From: Candidatus Microgenomates bacterium
GTDB taxonomy: Bacteria > Patescibacteriota > Microgenomatia > Levybacterales > UBA12049
NCBI GenBank assembly: GCA_025451755.1
Contig: JANWJT010000017.1
Coordinates: 82,147 to 135,892, forward strand
Direction: 5' to 3'
Length of the DNA: 53,746 nt
The notes beneath the pieces are model-generated. The model was given only the letters and a program-made list of their open reading frames with translations. It was not told the DNA's origin and did not search any database. The position numbers and the translations under genes were made by a program. Below, in pieces: positions 48,269 through 53,746 of this stretch; within the stretch, counting starts at the first letter, position 1, and each line of letters opens with the position of its first letter.

Positions 48269-48895
48269 GTGAATATATTTTTAGATATCGAAACTATTCC
48301 TGCCGAGGAAGGCAATAAAAAGACTGCAATAGATCTAGTTCTAGAAAAACAAAAGAAGTATAAAGAGCCCGATACAAGCGAAAGTTACATGGACCAGCTC
48401 TACAGAGATACTGCAATCTCCGGAGATTTTGGAAGAATTTTTTGTATTGGCTATGCGCTAGAAGATGGTAAAGTAGAAATAATTTCCGGGGACGAAAAGA
48501 AGATACTTAAAGAGTGGTGGGAGGTTTCCGAACAGGCAAATTGTTTTATCGGTCATAATATTATGGATTTCGATCTTCGATTTATATTTAAAAGATCAGT
48601 AATAAATAAAATAAAGCCCTGCGCTAAACACTTAAATTTATCTTTTGCCAGATACCGAAATTTTCCAATTTTCGACACAATGAGAGAATGGGAAAAATGG
48701 AGCAATTCCTACATTACCCTCGACGCATTAGCAAAGGCTTTAAATTTGCCAACTTCAAAAGATGGAGGAATTAAGGGTTCTCAGGTTTACGATTTTTTCT
48801 TGTCTGGTAAATATAAAGAAATTTATGAATACTGCAAAAGAGATGTTGAGTTAGTAAGACAACTTTACAACAGGATGCTTTTTAGAGATAAGTAA
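48269..48895 (+). CDS. PolB-like 3'-5' exonuclease (DEDDy, RNase H fold)
   Basis: ExoI LDIET, ExoII GHNIMDFD and ExoIII YCKRDV motifs. Confidence 0.88.
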   Translation: MNIFLDIETIPAEEGNKKTAIDLVLEKQKKYKEPDTSESYMDQLYRDTAISGDFGRIFCIGYALEDGKVEIISGDEKKILKEWWEVSEQANCFIGHNIMDFDLRFIFKRSVINKIKPCAKHLNLSFARYRNFPIFDTMREWEKWSNSYITLDALAKALNLPTSKDGGIKGSQVYDFFLSGKYKEIYEYCKRDVELVRQLYNRMLFRDK

Positions 48896-48934
48896 TTTGT
48901 TGCAAATACAAAATGTGTTGTTTATGATGGTTTT

Positions 48935-49333
48935 ATGGATAGTAAAACTTCTGGATATGCTTTTTTAAGCGCTGGCGTTTTTATAATGGTATTTTCGGTA
49001 GTTCTTGTAATTCTCGCATTTACAAATATAATCCATCCCACGTATTTCAGCGCTTCGACAAAAAGTACTCCTTCTCCGGTATCAAATATCGATTTAGATT
49101 CTTTAAATTCAACCGGCCAGCCCAATTTATCGGCTATTCTCCCAAGTCTTAATATAATTCCTCCTGGCGCACTGGATAACGCTCTAAATCTTTCTGCGCA
49201 CTTTTTGCTCATGACTTTTATTGGAGGATTTGGGCATAAGCTAGCAATGATAGGAGTAAATCTTATCCGTCCGATTGTAATTAAAACCGGAGATAAGATT
49301 ATTCCTACGGAAGATACGCCGCTTAAGTCATAA
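48935..49333 (+). CDS. Hypothetical 2-TM membrane protein
   Basis: Two hydrophobic segments; TATGAT precedes the ATG. Confidence 0.65.
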   Translation: MDSKTSGYAFLSAGVFIMVFSVVLVILAFTNIIHPTYFSASTKSTPSPVSNIDLDSLNSTGQPNLSAILPSLNIIPPGALDNALNLSAHFLLMTFIGGFGHKLAMIGVNLIRPIVIKTGDKIIPTEDTPLKS

Positions 49334-49383
49334 ATTTCAATTGCCTCTTTACAAATGCGTTTTGTATGATAAAATCAGGAAGA

Positions 49384-50031
49384 ATGAATAACAAGGTTCT
49401 TCTTGCAATTGGCGCAGTAATCTTAATAGTAGTTTTGGGAGGAGCGGCATTTATAATGTCCAATAATTCTTCAAAGACTCCTGTTTCTACTCAACCTACG
49501 CAAAGCGAAAATCCCGCATCGTCTAATAATCAGAAATCCCTTAAAGATCTTATTGCATCAGGACAGGCTCAGAAATGCACTTTTAAAGATAAATCGGAGT
49601 CTGTTGATGTTGAAGGAACTACGTATATTGATAATGGAAAAATGAGAGGAGATTTCAATTCTTCTGTCGGAGGAAAAAGTATAATGATGCACATGATAGT
49701 AAGCGACAAGACAAGTTATACATGGATGGACGGTCAGACAACAGGATTCAAAATGGAGTTTGATCCAGAAAAAATGACGGCTCCAACAGGAAGCGACCAA
49801 AGCCAACAGTCAGTAGATGTAAATAAATTGATCGATTATAATTGCTCGGGCTGGAGCGTAGATAGCTCTGTTTTTACTCCTCCTGCAAATGTAAAGTTTA
49901 GCGAAATGGGTGCAATGACCATTCCTTCTGGTGTTCCAACAGGAGTAAGCGACTTAGACAAGTGTTCGGTTTGCAATTCTCTCCCGGCAGATGCAAAAGC
50001 ACAGTGTCGAAGTTCCCTCGAGTGCGATTAA
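49384..50031 (+). CDS. Membrane-anchored extracellular protein with Cys pairs
   Basis: N-terminal TM, beta-rich domain (GKMRGDF, YTWMDG, FTPPANVKF) and C-terminal CxxC...C...C. Confidence 0.7.
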   Translation: MNNKVLLAIGAVILIVVLGGAAFIMSNNSSKTPVSTQPTQSENPASSNNQKSLKDLIASGQAQKCTFKDKSESVDVEGTTYIDNGKMRGDFNSSVGGKSIMMHMIVSDKTSYTWMDGQTTGFKMEFDPEKMTAPTGSDQSQQSVDVNKLIDYNCSGWSVDSSVFTPPANVKFSEMGAMTIPSGVPTGVSDLDKCSVCNSLPADAKAQCRSSLECD

Positions 50032-50061
50032 TTTTTTAATTCTTCTGATATAATTTTCCGT

Positions 50062-50622
50062 ATGTCAAGATGTAATTGGCCGGGCGATGATTCCCTTATG
50101 ATTAAATATCACGATGAGGAATGGGGAGCTCCGGTTCATAACGACAAACTTTTGTTTGAATACATGCTCCTAGATGCTTTTCAGGCAGGACTTTCTTGGC
50201 GGACAGTTTTGCATAAAAGAGAAAATTTTAGAAAAGCTTTTGATAATTTTAATCCAGAAAAGATTGCAAAATACGGAAAAGCTAAATATAAAAACCTTCT
50301 TAAAGACACTGGAATTATAAGAAACCGCGCCAAGATAAATGCTGCAATTATAAATGCAGAAAAATTTCTTGAAATACAAAAAGAATTTGGAAATTTTGAT
50401 AAATATATTTGGCAATTTGTCGGAGACAAACCAGTCATCAATAAATTCAAAAAATTATCCAGTATTCCTGCAAAAACTAAACAGTCCGATGATATGAGTA
50501 AGGATTTAAAAAAAAGAGGATTTAAATTTGTAGGGTCAACTATTTGTTATGCATTTATGCAAGCAGCGGGAATGGTTAACGATCATCTCGTAGATTGTTT
50601 TCGATACAAAAAACTAAGTTGA
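50062..50622 (+). CDS. tag: DNA-3-methyladenine glycosylase I
   Basis: RCNW, YHDEEWG, QAGLSW, IIRNRAKI and GMVNDHLVDC motifs. Confidence 0.97.
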   Translation: MSRCNWPGDDSLMIKYHDEEWGAPVHNDKLLFEYMLLDAFQAGLSWRTVLHKRENFRKAFDNFNPEKIAKYGKAKYKNLLKDTGIIRNRAKINAAIINAEKFLEIQKEFGNFDKYIWQFVGDKPVINKFKKLSSIPAKTKQSDDMSKDLKKRGFKFVGSTICYAFMQAAGMVNDHLVDCFRYKKLS

Positions 50623-50625
50623 TTA

Positions 50626-51810
50626 TTATCCGTTTCCGTTTTGAGTTGTATCTAATCTACTCTGACGTCTTGCAATAACCTTGTCTCTTATTTGTTTTTC
50701 AAAAATAGGCCTTGTTCTTTTCTTCTCTGCTTCAGTGTAGCTTGCTACAAGTGGTTCTATGACAGGTTTGGGAATAAAGGAATATTCATTAAGTGTTGCT
50801 CTAAGCATATTTTCTACTTCCGCTTCACTATAGCCAATTGTACTTACTATATTCTTGACATCTCGCGCCCTATCTCTCATTAGGTGTTGGGAAGGCATTC
50901 GAAAATGATATGCAACTCTTAGCACAGCTTTAGCTGCTTCCACTCTGTGCTCAGGACTTATACTGGCATAAGCTTCCATATAGTCTTCAAATCCTTCGCC
51001 ATGAAACTGCTCATCTGAACCAATTCTAGTTACAATCAAAGCGCTATTATGTGCGCCATGCTCTCTTAAAACTCTCGCTAGGGCATTATAATTTCCGTGT
51101 GTATTTCTCTCCTGTTTTCTTGCATATGCAACAATTTCTAAGTTTTTTTTGAAGGGTGGTTCCCAGGTTTGCATTTGAGTTAGATAATATTCTTTGTCCA
51201 GAACACTCTTTCTATCCCATCCGCCTGCATGCTCAAGTATAAACCCAAGAGCCTCGCTATGTTCAGTCTCTTCCAAGTCCCACTGACCGTATGCTCGCGA
51301 TAATCCTTTAACATGTATAAACATTCCTTTTGCTCCCGAAACAAAATATGGCACATCGTCTTCAATGACTTTAAATGCATGTATGGTATGTAGTTCAGCC
51401 GGTGGAATTAATCCTCTTTCTTTCGCTAGGTCTTCGGCTGTAATTGTCTCTACGGGAACAACGCCATATTGCCTTAGATCGTCTTGCCTTTTTCTTGTTG
51501 GAGGATCTTCGTTTGGACCAAGTCTCCTCTTTCCATAATACTCGATGCGATCACCACCAAAATAAACTCTTCTAAATGGCGGTAGTCTTTTATATCCTCT
51601 TCTTGTTTCCGTACCTTGATATATCGCTTCTGTTAAATCTCCCCATATTATATCTGTTTCTGTTATTTTGGCGGGATGGGTTTCTTCTGAAAATTCGGGG
51701 TCTTGGGTATAATCAAATTCTTGTATTTGTCGCTCAATGTCCCTGTCCATAGAAAGGGAGCTATCTTTGAAGCCTACAATTCCTGCTCTTGTTTCTGCTC
51801 CTGTACTCAT
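50626..51810 (-). CDS. Acyl-ACP desaturase-like ferritin-fold diiron protein
   Basis: IEDDVP, WDLEETEH, KQERNT, SDEQFH and FRMP match the E / WxxEExxH / QE / DExxH / MP pattern of soluble desaturases. Confidence 0.72.
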   Translation of the reverse strand: MSTGAETRAGIVGFKDSSLSMDRDIERQIQEFDYTQDPEFSEETHPAKITETDIIWGDLTEAIYQGTETRRGYKRLPPFRRVYFGGDRIEYYGKRRLGPNEDPPTRKRQDDLRQYGVVPVETITAEDLAKERGLIPPAELHTIHAFKVIEDDVPYFVSGAKGMFIHVKGLSRAYGQWDLEETEHSEALGFILEHAGGWDRKSVLDKEYYLTQMQTWEPPFKKNLEIVAYARKQERNTHGNYNALARVLREHGAHNSALIVTRIGSDEQFHGEGFEDYMEAYASISPEHRVEAAKAVLRVAYHFRMPSQHLMRDRARDVKNIVSTIGYSEAEVENMLRATLNEYSFIPKPVIEPLVASYTEAEKKRTRPIFEKQIRDKVIARRQSRLDTTQNGNG

Positions 51811-51889
51811 GAGGTAATTTTACAATTATTCTTTTCTTATGTCTACTCTGGTCTTTTAGCCTCGGAATTGCTATAATATAATATAGTAT

Positions 51890-52291
51890 ATGGATTCCAA
51901 GAAGCTTGAGGAACTTAAGAAAAAACTAACCCCTGAACAGCAAAGAGTACTTCTCGAAAAAGGAACGGAACCACCTTTTAGCGGTAAATATTTGAATCAC
52001 AATGAAACAGGAATATACACCTGTGGTGTTTGTGGCGCCGAGCTTTTTAAGAGCGAAACAAAATACGATTCAAAAACCCCTGGGTTGATTGGATGGCCCA
52101 GCTTTTCCGAAGTTGCAAAAAGTGATGCCATTGAACTTAAGGATGATTCTAGTTGGAGCATGAATCGCAAGGAAGTAACTTGCAAAAACTGTGGTAGTCA
52201 TCTTGGTCATGTGTTTGACGCCGACGATTCATCAACTGGTAAGCATTATTGCATAAATTCCTGCGCTCTTGATTTTGAGAAAGACAAATGA
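51890..52291 (+). CDS. msrB: Peptide-methionine (R)-S-oxide reductase
   Basis: GTEPPF, CGVC, GWPSF, HLGHVF and HYCINS motifs. Confidence 0.97.
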   Translation: MDSKKLEELKKKLTPEQQRVLLEKGTEPPFSGKYLNHNETGIYTCGVCGAELFKSETKYDSKTPGLIGWPSFSEVAKSDAIELKDDSSWSMNRKEVTCKNCGSHLGHVFDADDSSTGKHYCINSCALDFEKDK

Positions 52292-52677
52292 AGACATTTC
52301 AAGTAAAAACTTCCAAGAAAGACCGAGTAGTAGATATAACAGGTCAAATAAATAAATTAATTAAAGATTCAAATAAAAAAAGCGGAGTTTGCATTCTTTC
52401 GGTTCTTCACACAACATGCGCTTTGACTACTGCCGATTTGGATCCCGGAACAGACTTGGATTTCCTTGAATCTTTACGAAAATTGCTTCCCAAAATTTCA
52501 TATCGTCATCCACATGATCCGTCTCATACACCAGATCATATTCTCTCATTGATTATAGGAACATCGTTGTCTTTAATTTTTGAAAATAGAACTTTATCTT
52601 TGGGCACGTGGCAAAGAGTAATACTTGTTGAACTAAACGGCCCTCGGGAAAGAGAAATTGCTTACTCAATAGTTTAA
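52288..52677 (+). CDS. YjbQ/UPF0047 family protein
   Basis: HTTCAL, YRH.H and LGTWQRVILVELNGPR motifs. Confidence 0.9.
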   Translation: MKTFQVKTSKKDRVVDITGQINKLIKDSNKKSGVCILSVLHTTCALTTADLDPGTDLDFLESLRKLLPKISYRHPHDPSHTPDHILSLIIGTSLSLIFENRTLSLGTWQRVILVELNGPREREIAYSIV

Positions 52678-52722
52678 ATTCAGACTTGAAATACCTAAAT
52701 AGTCGAGATATAATCCTTTTTA

Positions 52723-53193
52723 ATGAAGCCCAAAGGTATTTCTATAGATAAAGCTCTGGATATAATGAGACCTCATGTAGGCCAAGACTTAGATGAAGGT
52801 ACAGCCGAGCATTGGGGAATCAGATCCTTTGATCAGATAACAACTTTTCAAGGAAAAGAAGCTGTTGAAGAAGCATTAAAAGCATATAAAGCAGGACTAA
52901 GAAGAACCCCTCTTGATGAGGGAGGCCATTGGCGCTGTTTATATGAAGATGCTGGAAGGAAATTGCTCTGGGGTATTATGCAATTCAGATTTGAACATGG
53001 AAACGGGACGCTTCCTATAAGTGAGAGAAAATTAAGGGGAGCATATAATTGGAATAGATCACAGGCTATTATGGACCGAGGAGCATACATAAATGATCTT
53101 GCTGAAACGTTGCTAAATCAAACAACAGTTACTCCGGAAGGACAAAAAAGAATGGTTGAAGAACAAAGACGACATTTACGCGAACGCTTTTAA
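52723..53193 (+). CDS. Hypothetical protein
   Basis: 156-aa ORF with TATAAT shortly upstream; no family recognised. Confidence 0.6.
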   Translation: MKPKGISIDKALDIMRPHVGQDLDEGTAEHWGIRSFDQITTFQGKEAVEEALKAYKAGLRRTPLDEGGHWRCLYEDAGRKLLWGIMQFRFEHGNGTLPISERKLRGAYNWNRSQAIMDRGAYINDLAETLLNQTTVTPEGQKRMVEEQRRHLRERF

Positions 53194-53194
53194 T

Positions 53195-53746
53195 TCACTT
53201 TTCTATAAATCTTTTCAAAGGACATTGATTGTGCTTGCAGTGGGCTGGGCAATATAACCTTCCATAATCAATAATTCTGTTTGTGAAATCTAACCATTCT
53301 GATTTTGGAATTATTTCCATTAAGTCTTTTTCAATTTTATTTGGATCGGAGTTTTTGGTAAGTCCGAATAATTTAGAAAGTCTGGTAACATGAGTATCGA
53401 CCGCAATTCCTTCAACTATTCCGTAAACATTCCCCAAAATTATATTTGCTGTTTTTCTTCCAATTCCGGGAAGTAAAGTTAGTTCGCCCATACTTTTTGG
53501 AAGCTCTCCGTTATGTTTTTTCAAAATAATTTCGGCAGAATTTTTAATAAACTTTGTTTTTTGTCTAAATAGACCTAGCTTTGATAAATCTTTTTCTAAA
53601 TCTTTTATATCAGCATCTATATAATCTTTAATAGTTTTGTATTTACTAAATAGATCTTTTGTTACCTCATTAACTTTTTTATCGGTATTTCTTGCAGAAA
53701 GAATCACAGCAACAGCTAGTTCCCACGGAGTCGAATAAGAAAGAAC
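53195..53746 (-). CDS. nth: Endonuclease III (partial, 5' end outside the window)
   Basis: STPWELAVAVILSARNTD, HhH motif LPGIGRKTA and AVDTHV. Confidence 0.93.
   Translation of the reverse strand, partial: VLSYSTPWELAVAVILSARNTDKKVNEVTKDLFSKYKTIKDYIDADIKDLEKDLSKLGLFRQKTKFIKNSAEIILKKHNGELPKSMGELTLLPGIGRKTANIILGNVYGIVEGIAVDTHVTRLSKLFGLTKNSDPNKIEKDLMEIIPKSEWLDFTNRIIDYGRLYCPAHCKHNQCPLKRFIEK

Overview
AT-rich, densely coding 53.7-kb bacterial window. Several features point to a Patescibacteria/CPR genome, probably Microgenomates (inference): short IF2, short HrcA, AlaRS without C-Ala, a VirB2-like pilin, an AMP phosphorylase, a sortase, and genes starting right after a -10 box with no Shine-Dalgarno. 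Content in order: (i) an envelope glycosylation cluster (UbiA-type phosphoribosyltransferase, WecA/MraY-like, GT-C, GT2) with tatD, a NUDIX gene and metG; (ii) a CIRCE-controlled hrcA-grpE-dnaK-dnaJ operon; (iii) a 13-kb co-oriented envelope cluster encoding a pilin, a SurA-like protein, a Cys-rich secreted protein, a VirB6/TrbL-like membrane protein, a Clp ATPase lacking both M-domain and ClpP loop, a stand-alone subtilase prodomain, a subtilase, a small membrane protein and a membrane-anchored degenerate Clp ATPase, which is the best candidate for an undescribed system; (iv) nusA-infB-degenerate DHH-rpsO-pnp, a protease-less Lon, rnj, ftsK and a RodZ-like gene; (v) a coupled minus-strand operon alaS - actin-fold/baseplate-J-like - sortase - 50-aa ORF - AMP phosphorylase - mltG; (vi) tandem FKBPs, a Zn-ribbon protein, repair genes (tag, nth, msrB) and an acyl-ACP desaturase-like diiron protein. 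Heptamer-periodic AT-rich elements and GC-rich palindromes, some inside genes, are scattered through the window. I saw no rRNA, tRNA, CRISPR array or transposase. All calls rest on motif recognition by eye; no searches were run.
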